This document shows, one piece after another, positions 8,484 through 18,631 of a DNA stretch of 64,000 bases. Made by a program: the position numbers and the translations under genes. The DNA is taken from contig JBMOPW010000010.1 of assembly GCA_049322915.1 (NCBI GenBank), positions 64,001-128,000 on the forward strand, given 5' to 3'. Each line of letters opens with the position of its first letter. Within the stretch, counting starts at the first letter, position 1. The DNA comes from Candidatus Zhuqueibacterota bacterium. Its GTDB lineage: Bacteria; Zhuqueibacterota; Zhuqueibacteria; Thermofontimicrobiales; Thermofontimicrobiaceae. A model generated the notes under the pieces. That model had not been told where the DNA came from. It saw nothing but the letters and a program-made list of their open reading frames with translations, and did no database searches.

Positions 8484-11400
8484 GTGATGAAAAAAGCGAT
8501 TATCGGATTGGCGCTTTGTCTGTGGTTCGGGGGATTTGTCGTTGCTCAGGAGCAGGATATCCTGTTCTCGGATAATTTTGAATCGTACGTAAATGGCGGA
8601 ACCGGAGCGCCGGTCTGGAACATCACGAAAGGATTCTGGCAAATTGAAGGGGCGACGTATTTCCAGAAATCCGTGGACTATGATTGCGGCGCGCTGCTCG
8701 ATCTGTACCTGGATTCGTCCGTTGAAATGTCTGTCGATTTCAAAGTCGTTGCCGGCGAACCGGGCGCGGGTTTCTTCTTCCACTCCCTGGGACACGGGTC
8801 CACCGAATTTTCCCACATGCTCCGCTTCGAATCCGACCGAACCATGCTGGTCGGCTATTTCATGTCCGGCGGCTACGAACCCACTCGCAGCGTGCGTTTG
8901 ACTCCCCAGCAGTTCACTGGTGCATGGCATACGCTTCAGGTGAAAATCGATCTGGACAACGATTCCTACACGGTGACATTGGACGGCAGTTGGATCGCCA
9001 CCGAGCCACTGGTATTCCGCGCCGGGTATTGCGGCCTGCAATCATCAGGGGGCAAGGTTCAATTCGACAATTTCAAACTGGTCACATTGCCGACGCAGAA
9101 AAAATCATTGGCTCTGAATTGGGTGCACAAGTTCATCATTGATGCCGATAAAAATATCGTTGCGCCTAATCCCAGCCGCGGCGCTGTGCATCGACTCAAT
9201 TGGCAGGGACAGGCCACCGCCACTTTTGGCGTGCCGATTGACGAGAGAGGTCAGTTGGACAGGCCGGTTTCCGTTGCGCAACTCAGCAATCGCGATTATG
9301 TCGTGTGCGACGCCGGGTTGCATCGCATCCATGTCTTCGATAAAAAGGGAAATTGGAAGAACTCGGCCGGATATGCCGGCGCCGGCGACGGACAGCTCAA
9401 CAATCCGCAGGACGTCTGCGTTGACGGCGCGGATAATATTCTTGTCGCCGATTCGGAAAACAATCGCATTGCGGTGTGGGACGGGGCGTTGCAGTTCAAA
9501 ACGGTCTTTGGAAAAGATCGCCTCGGTCAACCTTCGGCAATTGCCTGGCTTGACGGAAAAGTTTATGTGCTCAATGCCGGGCTCAATCGCGTGGAAATTT
9601 TCACGACGGAAAATGGTCGCTATGTCTGGTTGAGCGGGTTCGATTTCGGTGTAGGCCAGGGCCGCGATATCCTCGTTGTGGCTGATAAAATTTATGTGTC
9701 CGTGGGAAATTCGGTGCGTCTGTTCGATGCATTTGGCAATCGCAAGACTGAATTTAACGGCGCGTCCATCTCTGGCATCATGCCATTCGGTCTGGCGTTG
9801 GATCAGGAAAATCAGGTGTGCATCGCGGATTTCAAGAACAGCCGCATCCTGGTCGAGGACGCTGAGCTTTCGGACCCGCGTCCCATCGTGTCCTTTCCCT
9901 CAAAGAGCGCTGCGAAAATAGAGATGTTCTCCGCAAGGGAAGAGAAGGTCGCCATCCGCGTGGTGGCCGGGGAAACGCCGATCTTTGAGAAGACCAGTTC
10001 CTCCGGGTACAAGCACCAGTTCGATCTGAGCGATCTCACTCCTTCGACTGTTTATCACTATCAATTCCAGCCCACAATTCGTACCATTCCTCCGCAGTCG
10101 GGATTCTCCAAAAAGTATGCATTTATCACGCCGCCGGCTGAAGGCAAAAAGCACTTCCGGCAATTGCCGCTGGCGACGATCATTTTCACCAATGTGCTGG
10201 ATACAGCTGCGGTCCGGCCATCCTGGCCGGAGATGCCCAACCTGCCGAAGATGGAACTCATTCGGATCAAATCGGAAATTCTGGATGGCATCCGGTTTTA
10301 CTGGGTGAATTCCGGCATGAATTTGTTCCTCGACAATGAGGTCATCGTGGTGGATGAAAAATTGTTCCGCCATGAGATTTTTGGCAGCGACTGGTGGTAT
10401 CCGCCTCTGGAATCTCGAATCGAAAATGTGATGAAGGATGCGGGAAAACAGCTTTCTGATTACGTGGGGATTCTGTATCTGGGCTGTGTGCGCGATTACA
10501 ATGAAAAGTCAGGCGAGTTCGAACTGCGCGGCCGCGGCGGTGGCTTCACCGCCGGCTATGGCGCGAACAATCGTTACGGGTTATCGTACTGGGAGGTCAC
10601 CCGGGCGCATCATAATTCCCAGAATAACTGGCTGATGGTTCACGAATTTCATCATCAATTGGATGAATTGTTCATGCACAGCGGCTACCCGGAATACTGG
10701 TTCTGTCACTTCTCACCCACAATCAATACCGCGGACGACTTCGGCGAGCATTTCGATGGCAACGCCTGGATACTCAGGAACTGGCCCAATGCCAATTGGT
10801 ATGATTTAAAATTTGGCAGCCTCATGTCCGCCGAGGATGCGGATATGGACGGCATTCCTGATGATGCTCCCGGGCTGCCGCTGGATGAAAAACGACTGCA
10901 GAGCAGTTCGCGTTTCGCGGATTCCGACGGCGATGGCGTGGACGATCTGGGCGAGGTGGTTTCCACCAATTGGATCGTGGAAGGGTGCGGCGAAAATTAT
11001 GGCGGTGCGGCGCTGTTCCCCAATCTGTTGAATCCGGACACGGACGGCGATGGCAAGCTCGACAATGAGGATTCGTATCCGCTGTATCCTTTCGAGCCAA
11101 AAATCTATTTCAGCGACCCGGACGCCCGGCCTGAAAATGCCGGTGACATGGCTGGCGTTAATTTTTTCGCGCGATTGGTGGACAATCGGATTCACGCCAA
11201 TGTCTATGCCCGTTGGGATACATCGCGTCTTTCGTTCATGTTTGAAACTGACCGGCTGGCTCCAATCAAATTGATGGTTGATGCTGACGCGAACGGCTGG
11301 TTCATTGGCCGGGATAATTTTCTCGTTCAGCTTCGTCCCGCATCGGATCTGACGCTGAAAACCACCCTTCAAATCAATAATTGTTCTGACCCGAAAAAAT

Positions 11401-11654
11401 GGCCTTTTCACGATGACTCCCTTGCGCGTACCGTGGATCTGACGGCGACCGTGACAAAGGTGAAAGAAAATTACCTGATCCGCGTGACGATTCCCCGCAA
11501 TCGCAATCTGGGGCTGAATCTGGAACAGGGAGAGAGAATTGGCGTCAACATCGGTTATTCGGTTTTTATGGATGCTCAGGGTCATCAGAAATACATCACA
11601 ATTTTCGAACCGAACCGGTTTTTTGATGTCGATTTGGCCGTTCGCGGACAATAA
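8484..11654 (+). CDS. large secreted multidomain protein: DUF1080/LamG-like domain, NHL beta-propeller, FN3-like domain, HExxH zincin-like domain, DxDxDG Ca-binding repeats
   Basis: Signal peptide; FSDNFE...GLQSSGGKVQFDNF; NHL repeats (GQLDRPVSVA, GQLNNPQDVCVD); HQFDLSDLTPSTVYHY; HEFHHQLD; DADMDGIPD, DSDGDGVDD, DTDGDGKLD. Confidence 0.75.
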   Translation: MMKKAIIGLALCLWFGGFVVAQEQDILFSDNFESYVNGGTGAPVWNITKGFWQIEGATYFQKSVDYDCGALLDLYLDSSVEMSVDFKVVAGEPGAGFFFHSLGHGSTEFSHMLRFESDRTMLVGYFMSGGYEPTRSVRLTPQQFTGAWHTLQVKIDLDNDSYTVTLDGSWIATEPLVFRAGYCGLQSSGGKVQFDNFKLVTLPTQKKSLALNWVHKFIIDADKNIVAPNPSRGAVHRLNWQGQATATFGVPIDERGQLDRPVSVAQLSNRDYVVCDAGLHRIHVFDKKGNWKNSAGYAGAGDGQLNNPQDVCVDGADNILVADSENNRIAVWDGALQFKTVFGKDRLGQPSAIAWLDGKVYVLNAGLNRVEIFTTENGRYVWLSGFDFGVGQGRDILVVADKIYVSVGNSVRLFDAFGNRKTEFNGASISGIMPFGLALDQENQVCIADFKNSRILVEDAELSDPRPIVSFPSKSAAKIEMFSAREEKVAIRVVAGETPIFEKTSSSGYKHQFDLSDLTPSTVYHYQFQPTIRTIPPQSGFSKKYAFITPPAEGKKHFRQLPLATIIFTNVLDTAAVRPSWPEMPNLPKMELIRIKSEILDGIRFYWVNSGMNLFLDNEVIVVDEKLFRHEIFGSDWWYPPLESRIENVMKDAGKQLSDYVGILYLGCVRDYNEKSGEFELRGRGGGFTAGYGANNRYGLSYWEVTRAHHNSQNNWLMVHEFHHQLDELFMHSGYPEYWFCHFSPTINTADDFGEHFDGNAWILRNWPNANWYDLKFGSLMSAEDADMDGIPDDAPGLPLDEKRLQSSSRFADSDGDGVDDLGEVVSTNWIVEGCGENYGGAALFPNLLNPDTDGDGKLDNEDSYPLYPFEPKIYFSDPDARPENAGDMAGVNFFARLVDNRIHANVYARWDTSRLSFMFETDRLAPIKLMVDADANGWFIGRDNFLVQLRPASDLTLKTTLQINNCSDPKKWPFHDDSLARTVDLTATVTKVKENYLIRVTIPRNRNLGLNLEQGERIGVNIGYSVFMDAQGHQKYITIFEPNRFFDVDLAVRGQ

Positions 11655-11811
11655 AATATTCCACTCAGGTGACCATGCTGAAGCATGGCGCTTGTTTAAA
11701 ATTGTACCAGCACTACGATTTATCGTGGCGTTCAAAAATCAAACAGCTTGCTAACCAGCCGCTTTAGCGGCCTCTGGAATACATGAACTGAGTCGTTACA
11801 AATATTCAATC

Positions 11812-13044
11812 GTGGAGAAAATACCCGTGCGAAAAATATGCCTCCTGTTCAGCATGGCGTGCGTTATATTTCCGTCAATCACTCTGGCACAGGAAGAATG
11901 CACCGTGGCCGTTGTCTCGGGAAAGGCCACTATCGATGGCCGGCCCCTGCTCTGGAAAAATCGCGATACCAGTTTTTTGAACAATGAAGTCGCTTTCTTT
12001 GACGATAGCCGGATTCCTTTCATCGGCGTGATCAATGCCGGCGACCGCTCGCAGGTCTGGATGGGCGTGAACGCCGCCGGCTTTGCGATCATGAATTCGG
12101 AGTCCCAGGATCTGGAGGGCGACACGCTGGACGCTGAAGGGTATTTCATGAAACAGGCGCTCGGCGAGTGCGCTTCGGTTGCAGCGTTCGAACAGCTCCT
12201 CCTTCGGACCAATCAAACCGACCGCAACACCAAAGCGAATTTCGGCGTGATTGATTCGACCGGGGCCGCGATGATTTATGAGACCGGCAATACCACATTC
12301 ACCAAATTCGACGCCAATGACTCGGCGACAACGCCATTGGGATTCATTGCCAGAGCCAATTTCGCCAAAACAGGGACAGGGAAAGGCTATGGCCATATTC
12401 GCTATCAACGCGCCAATGAACTGTTCGAAAAACTCATCGCTGAAAACAGGCTGAGCCACGAAACCCTGCTCACCGGCATCGCCCGCGATTTGAAAAACGA
12501 TAAAACCGATCCCTATCCGCTGCCGTTCGCCGGCAGTGAAGACGGCCATCCGAAGGGCTGCATCAAAACGCACGATTCCATCAACCGTTTCCGAACCGCC
12601 TCCTGCGCGGTGTTTCATGGCGTGCTGCCCGGGGAGTCTGCGGCGCTGACGACGCTGTGGCTGATCCTGGGAGAACCTGTGTGCGGTGTGGCCATTCCGC
12701 TCTGGGCGGCGGCTGGTACAGTCCCGCCAGCGCTGGATGGGGAGGACACTGCGCTGTTGAATGAGGCGATTCAGCGAAATGAGCGGATCGTCTATCCGGA
12801 TACTTCGATGAAAAATTACCTGAACACGACCATGCTCATGGCAGACGACTGGAAAAATGCGCTGCCGGCGCTGATTGCATTTGAAGAGGATGTTTTTCAA
12901 AAAACGCAGGCTATGGTGAAGCGATGGAGGAAGCGCGCTCCCAAACCGACTGAGGTGTTCGGGTACGAACAACGCGTTGCGACAGAAGTGATGCAGAGGT
13001 TGAGCAATCCCGGCCCGTCTCAGAACTCGCATGGAATGAAATAA
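11812..13044 (+). CDS. secreted Ntn-hydrolase (peptidase C45/C69-like, acyltransferase family)
   Basis: Signal peptide followed by the nucleophile motif CTVAVVSGKATIDGRPLLWKNRD; MGVNAAGFAIMNS; RANF. Confidence 0.8.
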   Translation: MEKIPVRKICLLFSMACVIFPSITLAQEECTVAVVSGKATIDGRPLLWKNRDTSFLNNEVAFFDDSRIPFIGVINAGDRSQVWMGVNAAGFAIMNSESQDLEGDTLDAEGYFMKQALGECASVAAFEQLLLRTNQTDRNTKANFGVIDSTGAAMIYETGNTTFTKFDANDSATTPLGFIARANFAKTGTGKGYGHIRYQRANELFEKLIAENRLSHETLLTGIARDLKNDKTDPYPLPFAGSEDGHPKGCIKTHDSINRFRTASCAVFHGVLPGESAALTTLWLILGEPVCGVAIPLWAAAGTVPPALDGEDTALLNEAIQRNERIVYPDTSMKNYLNTTMLMADDWKNALPALIAFEEDVFQKTQAMVKRWRKRAPKPTEVFGYEQRVATEVMQRLSNPGPSQNSHGMK

Positions 13045-13138
13045 AAATCTCCGCGATTCAATGCCCGCATTCGGAAAGTGAACGGACTGCGGGTGATGAT
13101 TTCGCCGGAAGGCAGCCCCTCACCGCCTGTCCCGGCAT

Positions 13139-13990
13139 TTACGAATTGGCGATGGCCACGTCCAGAATCCCATTATCCAACACCACCCTTGAAAAACCAC
13201 TCTCCCCGTTGCTTGCTGTCAGTTTGAACCGGTCTTTGATATCGTCCGGCGCATTGGCGACAAGATAGCTGTGTTCGGCCCAGCATAGCAAATCCAGGTC
13301 ATTGTAATCGTTGCCGACAGCCAGGACATGATTCTTCCTGATCTGCAGTCGGCGGCAGAGCCATTGCGCCGCCCTGGCTTTGGACACTGTGGCCGGGAAG
13401 ATTTCCACCCACATGGTTTTCCTGTCCAGCGGCGACGTGGCGCGGATGACCTTGAAATCAACCAGGTCTTTTTTCATTTGGTCGAGCAAGTGTATCTCTT
13501 TGGGGATGATGGTGATGAACTGACTGGCAGGCCCAAATTTAGCGAGGTGGGAATTGAGGGGCGCTGCATACTCGCTGTACAATTCCACGCGCTGCGTGAA
13601 GTCCGGGTTGTGCGCGCCGCTGTAATGGTACAGAAAATGATGGCTGTCCGGCAGTGGTTTGTGAATCATAAAATCAATGTTATTCCTGATGAGATAATTG
13701 CTGATCTCAATCACTTGTTCCGCAGGAATTTCGTGGCGAAACAGCAGCTCCTTCTCGGCCCAGTGGATCAATCCTGCGCCGGAGGCGAAGATCAGGTAAT
13801 CGATGGGAAAATTTGGCGTCAGCACCTTCTTCGCTGAAAAATAATTCCGACCCGTGGCAATGACGCGCACGATCCCGCTGCGCTCCAGCCGTTCGAGCGT
13901 ACGCCAGTCCATCTCGCTCACCTGCTGCGCGTCATCCAGCAGTGTGCCGTCCAGGTCAGTCACCACCATTTTTAAATTCTGTATTGTCAT
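13139..13990 (-). CDS. Cof-type HAD-IIB hydrolase
   Basis: TDLDGTLL, IATGR, VSKA, VGNDYNDLDLL, VANA. Confidence 0.9.
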   Translation of the reverse strand: MTIQNLKMVVTDLDGTLLDDAQQVSEMDWRTLERLERSGIVRVIATGRNYFSAKKVLTPNFPIDYLIFASGAGLIHWAEKELLFRHEIPAEQVIEISNYLIRNNIDFMIHKPLPDSHHFLYHYSGAHNPDFTQRVELYSEYAAPLNSHLAKFGPASQFITIIPKEIHLLDQMKKDLVDFKVIRATSPLDRKTMWVEIFPATVSKARAAQWLCRRLQIRKNHVLAVGNDYNDLDLLCWAEHSYLVANAPDDIKDRFKLTASNGESGFSRVVLDNGILDVAIANS

Positions 13991-14105
13991 TTTCAATTTA
14001 TGTGTTTGAACACGTCTTCGTTTTGAGTCAAAGCGAAAATCCCCATTGTCAGCGCTGTCGCTGCCGGTTCATCGGCGAGCGCAATACCTTCGAAAATGTC
14101 CGCGC

Positions 14106-15344
14106 TCATCCAACCATATCGATGGCGATGAGGCATGCCAGCCGGGCGAAATCCACCAACTGCTGAATTTCAACGGATTCATTGGCCACGTGAAACGCAT
14201 TATCATCGCCGGGGCCCCAGCCGACCGCCAGAATGCCGTGCAGATTCAGGCTCTTGGCATAGGTGCTGCCGCCCATGCCGTACGCTTCGGGCCAAAAATG
14301 CAGCGCATCCAGGGTATTGGACTGGATCACCGCAACCAGCGCATTCTCCGGGTCGATGCTGTGAGGCTCGCTCCAGGCCATCACGTCAAATGTAAAATTC
14401 CCGTCCTGAATGGTTTCGGCGCAGCGTTTCAACTGGCGGAGAATGGACTCTCTCGTCATCCCGGGCACTGTGCGAATATCGAGGTAGATGCTGCATGCGC
14501 CCGGCACGATATTCGGAGCAGCGCCTCCATGAATTTCACCCAAATTCAGCGAGGGCTGTTTCAGCACCGGATGAACCTGGTATTCCAATTTCAGCGACTC
14601 AATTTCAGTCACCAGCCGCGCCATCATGTACACCGCATTGACGCCTTTCTCCGGCGTGGAGCCGTGGGCCTGCTTGCCGATGGCCGTTATCTTGATCACC
14701 GTCCGTCCCTTCTCCGCAATGTCGATGGCTTTCATATTCTCGCCAATATCCGGAATAATGGCGTGCGTGGGACGGATCAGCTTTTCTTTGAGCAAATACC
14801 CAATGCCGTAATCGACGCCGTCCGGGTCGGATGCCTCCTCGTCCGCCAGAGCGGCCAACTGTAATTCGCCGCGCAACGATTCCCCCAGGCCCAATTTCTG
14901 AAGCACGTCGCCGGCGACCAGAATCGACGCCAGCGGGCCTTTATTATCCAGCACACCGCGGCCAATGAGCATGCCCTCCTTTTGAATTACCTCAAAAGGA
15001 TTGCTCTCCCACCCGTCGCCGGCCGGCACCACATCCATGTGCGCGGGCAGAAGAAGGCGCACGCCGGATTCATCCCGGCCGATTTTCCCGATGATATTGG
15101 GCCGGCCTTCCATTCGGGCGAACTCCTCGAAACCAATTCCCATCCGCTCAAATTCGCGCTTCACAATGGCAGCAACGCGATATTCTTCGCCGCGAATTTT
15201 GAGATAAGGGTGCTCCGGCAATTTTTCGGTGACCACATTCACCGTCTTCTCTTTGACCATTTCGGTCACCAGATCGATGATCCGGGTTGCTATCTCCGCG
15301 TGATGGCTCGAAAAATATGCATTGATGACAGACTTGGAATCCAT
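14106..15344 (-). CDS. M20 family metallopeptidase/deacylase (ArgE/DapE-like)
   Basis: HMDVVPAG, GRGVLDNKG, ADEE, EKG, GKQAHGSTPEKGVNA, HVANE. Confidence 0.9.
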   Translation of the reverse strand: MDSKSVINAYFSSHHAEIATRIIDLVTEMVKEKTVNVVTEKLPEHPYLKIRGEEYRVAAIVKREFERMGIGFEEFARMEGRPNIIGKIGRDESGVRLLLPAHMDVVPAGDGWESNPFEVIQKEGMLIGRGVLDNKGPLASILVAGDVLQKLGLGESLRGELQLAALADEEASDPDGVDYGIGYLLKEKLIRPTHAIIPDIGENMKAIDIAEKGRTVIKITAIGKQAHGSTPEKGVNAVYMMARLVTEIESLKLEYQVHPVLKQPSLNLGEIHGGAAPNIVPGACSIYLDIRTVPGMTRESILRQLKRCAETIQDGNFTFDVMAWSEPHSIDPENALVAVIQSNTLDALHFWPEAYGMGGSTYAKSLNLHGILAVGWGPGDDNAFHVANESVEIQQLVDFARLACLIAIDMVG

Positions 15345-15466
15345 GATAGCTCCTGTTTTTTTGAGAATTGTACGATGCCAGTGCGCGCTGGATTTTCATC
15401 CGGCGCGGCAGCCTGTCTGCCGTGAATCCCGGCGCAATCGACAGGCTGGCCGGAATGAACTTAGCC

Positions 15467-15910
15467 TTATTCCGATTGTTGCTTCCTTTGCTTCATCTTT
15501 CTGAATTCTTCGCGCTCGGTGCTGAGTTCCTTCAGCAGTTGGCTGAGCGTCCAATTTTCCGATGTCGGTGTGAGCGCCGCCCAGAGTTGCGACGGCAACT
15601 GAGTGGCGCGATAGCTGTTGATGAGCAGATTCAATTCCCGCTCGGTCACGCCTGCCATGATTGTCGCCCGCTCGAGCGCAGAGTCGACGCCGGCCCCGGT
15701 CGAAGAGGGAAGAGCGAGCAGGTCTTTCAGTATGGCATCGCTCAGCTCGTCCGCAACGAAAACCACGGGTATATCCGAGAATTGATGCTCATGCAGCATG
15801 GCCAGAAATCGCCCTTGCTCCGCGGTGGAGAAGCCGCAGACCAGCAATTTCCTGGGGCCATAAATGGTCGCCTCAGATTCCCCGACCTTTTTGAAACTGC
15901 CATTTTCCAT
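15467..15910 (-). CDS. DUF3783-like hypothetical protein
   Basis: ATG 15910 after GGAGG; YGPRKLLVCGF...LWAALTPTSENWTLSQLLKELSTERE. Confidence 0.7.
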   Translation of the reverse strand: MENGSFKKVGESEATIYGPRKLLVCGFSTAEQGRFLAMLHEHQFSDIPVVFVADELSDAILKDLLALPSSTGAGVDSALERATIMAGVTERELNLLINSYRATQLPSQLWAALTPTSENWTLSQLLKELSTEREEFRKMKQRKQQSE

Positions 15911-16165
15911 GATGTCACCTCCGTTGTGTGAAAATGCGCCGTCGGCAAATCGAAACGGCGGCGAAGTTGCCGCATGCGTTGATATCGCGAGTCGCGCGCA
16001 TCTCACGGCCTGGTCAATGTACAATTTTTTAATTCCAGAGTCAAGGTTTTTGTAGGGCTGAAAAGAGGAAAAATCGGATTGATTTCATGAGCGGATTTTC
16101 ATCCTGCCGGAGTCATTGAAATGAAATGCACCCGGAGCGTCCTGGCGTCCGGGCTCGGACGTCGA

Positions 16166-16945
16166 TCAACGGGAACCGGCCGCGCCGCTGAACATGGAAT
16201 AGGTGAAAAAGGCGTAGTAGTCCGGGATGTTCAGGATGAAATCCGGGGACTCGGGATTGGTCAATTTGTGAAAGAGGGCCTGATCTGCCGACGAGAGCTC
16301 CGTCTCAGAGTTTTGCCAGCGCATGCGAAAAAGGGCGATCAGTCCGATTCGGAGCGTCTCGCTGAGCGGGGCATGAATTGTCCCGGCAAATGTGCGCACC
16401 GAGATATCTCCGAATCCGGCATCCTGAAATCGGCCGGCCAGTCGAAGCGGATGAGTGGCAGGGGACATCTCACGGCGGAACGGCGCCATGCCATCCCGTG
16501 TCGCGTTCAGGCGCGCTTCTAACAGGGGATAACCGGGAAAGAGTTGCTGCGATGACCAGAAGAGCACGGCCAGTGTGCCTCCCGGTTTGAGGACGCGGCG
16601 CAGTTCTCTCAGCGCCGGCAGTGGATTTTCCAGCCCGTATCCGACGCAATCGATGCTCAATGCCCAGTCGAAACTCGCATCGCGGAATGGCAGAGCGCTG
16701 ATCGAACCTGATTGGAAAGTCATTCGCCGGCTGAAATCGCTGGCGGCGTAGGCCTGTCGCGCGTAGTCGAGAAATTCAGCGGTGATGTCCAGCCCCGCCA
16801 CGACGCCGGAGTCGCCGATAGCCCGGGAGAGCATTCCCAGATGAAGCCCGATGCCGCAGCCGGCATCCAGTCCAACGCTGGCCGGGGGCAAATCCAGCGA
16901 GCGAATGGCCGAGTGGATGACCGATTCTCTGAGCTCGTGTGTCAC
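16166..16945 (-). CDS. class I SAM-dependent methyltransferase
   Basis: LDAGCGIG motif I, LPFRDASFD, LRRVLKPGG. Confidence 0.88.
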   Translation of the reverse strand: MTHELRESVIHSAIRSLDLPPASVGLDAGCGIGLHLGMLSRAIGDSGVVAGLDITAEFLDYARQAYAASDFSRRMTFQSGSISALPFRDASFDWALSIDCVGYGLENPLPALRELRRVLKPGGTLAVLFWSSQQLFPGYPLLEARLNATRDGMAPFRREMSPATHPLRLAGRFQDAGFGDISVRTFAGTIHAPLSETLRIGLIALFRMRWQNSETELSSADQALFHKLTNPESPDFILNIPDYYAFFTYSMFSGAAGSR

Positions 16946-17025
16946 CTCGAGACTTCGAATGTAGTCCGCAGTGGTCTGGTTCTGAGAGACAGATTTTTTC
17001 CCGGGTTCGATGGGGATTGTTCCTT

Positions 17026-17898
17026 TTATCGCTTAAATTTGAAAACGCCATTTTTAAAAACAGGCTGACCGGCGCGATTGAATACCTCAAACCGAATTTC
17101 GGTCCGGCCCTGAGATTCAAATGCTTGTAAGCTGAGGGTATCGCCGGGGATGGTCGGCTTCCCGAAACGGCCGCTGATGCTCACCAATTGGTTGAGGTCA
17201 TCGTCCAGCAATTTTTTGGTCAGGCCGGCGCAGATCATGGCAGCCACACAAGCTCCGTGCAAAATGGTGCGCGGCAGCCCGGCCAGTTTTGCCAGCAGCG
17301 TGCTTGTGTGGATGAAATTATGATCCCCGGAAGCTTCGGCAAACAGCAGATTCTGGCCATCTTCCGTTGTAATATCCAGGGAAAATAAAGGATTCCCGGC
17401 AGGCGCCTGTTCCGCTCGTCTGGCCTCCGGACTCTTTTTGCTCCGCACGATGAAACCGGTTTTTCCCTCGATGATGCGCTGGCCGCTGCGCCAGCCAATT
17501 TCAGAAATTTCGAGCAACTCCCCGACCGGCGTCTCGGTTATCCCGATGATTTCGATGACCATCTTCAATGCGTCATTCGGTCGTATGGGCTGATGCCAGA
17601 CAATTTCCTGGCTGGCGTACACAGCGCGCAGGATGTTCAGCCCCAGGGCCGGATGGCACCACAAATCTTTGATCATGGGAAAGATCAGTTTTGACAGGAA
17701 AAAAGGCGGTGCAACCGGATTCGCCGCGCCGTAGCCTGGATTTTCATCCCTTGTTGCCCGGGCGAACCGCAAAATCTCCTCGTGAGAGATCGGCGCCAGA
17801 TTCGATTCGAACGTCGATCCGATCATGCTGCGATTCATGCGCTGGCTGTTCCTGTTTCGCAGTAATGCTGTCAGCAATTTCCAGTCGATGGTTGTCAT
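17026..17898 (-). CDS. double hotdog-fold MaoC-like dehydratase
   Basis: N-terminal FARATRDENP...QEIVWHQPIRPND; C-terminal FAEASGDHNFIH...TILHGAC...RFGKPTIPGDTL. Confidence 0.85.
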   Translation of the reverse strand: MTTIDWKLLTALLRNRNSQRMNRSMIGSTFESNLAPISHEEILRFARATRDENPGYGAANPVAPPFFLSKLIFPMIKDLWCHPALGLNILRAVYASQEIVWHQPIRPNDALKMVIEIIGITETPVGELLEISEIGWRSGQRIIEGKTGFIVRSKKSPEARRAEQAPAGNPLFSLDITTEDGQNLLFAEASGDHNFIHTSTLLAKLAGLPRTILHGACVAAMICAGLTKKLLDDDLNQLVSISGRFGKPTIPGDTLSLQAFESQGRTEIRFEVFNRAGQPVFKNGVFKFKR

Positions 17899-18106
17899 GA
17901 GTGTGCCCCTGTTCAATGTTCGGTTGAGTGTAATAGCCGCTGTCTGAGTCAGGAAAAAATGCAACGCCGCGCTTGCTGAACGAGAAAATCACGCGCGTTC
18001 TCCATCGTTTCACGGAAGGAAATGGCCATTGCTCACGCCTCAGCGCCCGATGGTATCGTCTCGCCTCCGAGTCCGGAAAAGCTCCTGGCGCTGTCTGACA
18101 GCGATG

Positions 18107-18475
18107 TTACTTTCCGTTTTGTTCGCCGTATCCGCGACGGACGCAGCGGCAGAATCCGTGGTAGATGGCGCAAATGCCACCGAAGATGGAAAACAGCCCC
18201 CAGAACAAGGGGCGAAAGAAAATGTGCATCAGCGTGGGCTGCGAAGACGGCAGCAGATAAATGCCCCATGTCGTCAAAAGACAGCCCATGAAGATGCAGG
18301 TATGCCCGAAGACCACCATACTGGCGCGACCCGGGCGAAAACCGAGATAGATGAGCGACATCCCGATAGTCGCGAGAATGATGGCGCCCAGCCAAAGGTT
18401 TTGCACGGCGAAAATGATGCCGAACGCAATCAGAGCAATTCCTAAACTGATGGTAATGTGTTGTCTTTTCATCAT
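18107..18475 (-). CDS. small integral membrane protein (about 4 TM)
   Basis: Hydrophobic ORF MMKRQHITISLGIALIAFGIIF...PLFWGLFSIFGGICAIYHGFCRC. Confidence 0.65.
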   Translation of the reverse strand: MMKRQHITISLGIALIAFGIIFAVQNLWLGAIILATIGMSLIYLGFRPGRASMVVFGHTCIFMGCLLTTWGIYLLPSSQPTLMHIFFRPLFWGLFSIFGGICAIYHGFCRCVRRGYGEQNGK

Positions 18476-18631
18476 AGTAAGCGGATTGACGGTCCATTTT
18501 AAAAAGTGAGTCCGGTTGTGCGCAGCGTGGCAACCGTGCGCCGCCCTTGGCAATGGCGTTTGATTGTTGTCCGGCACTCATTGGAATTCAGGTGCAAAGA
18601 TACAAAATGATCGGAACAGTTCAAAGCGAAA

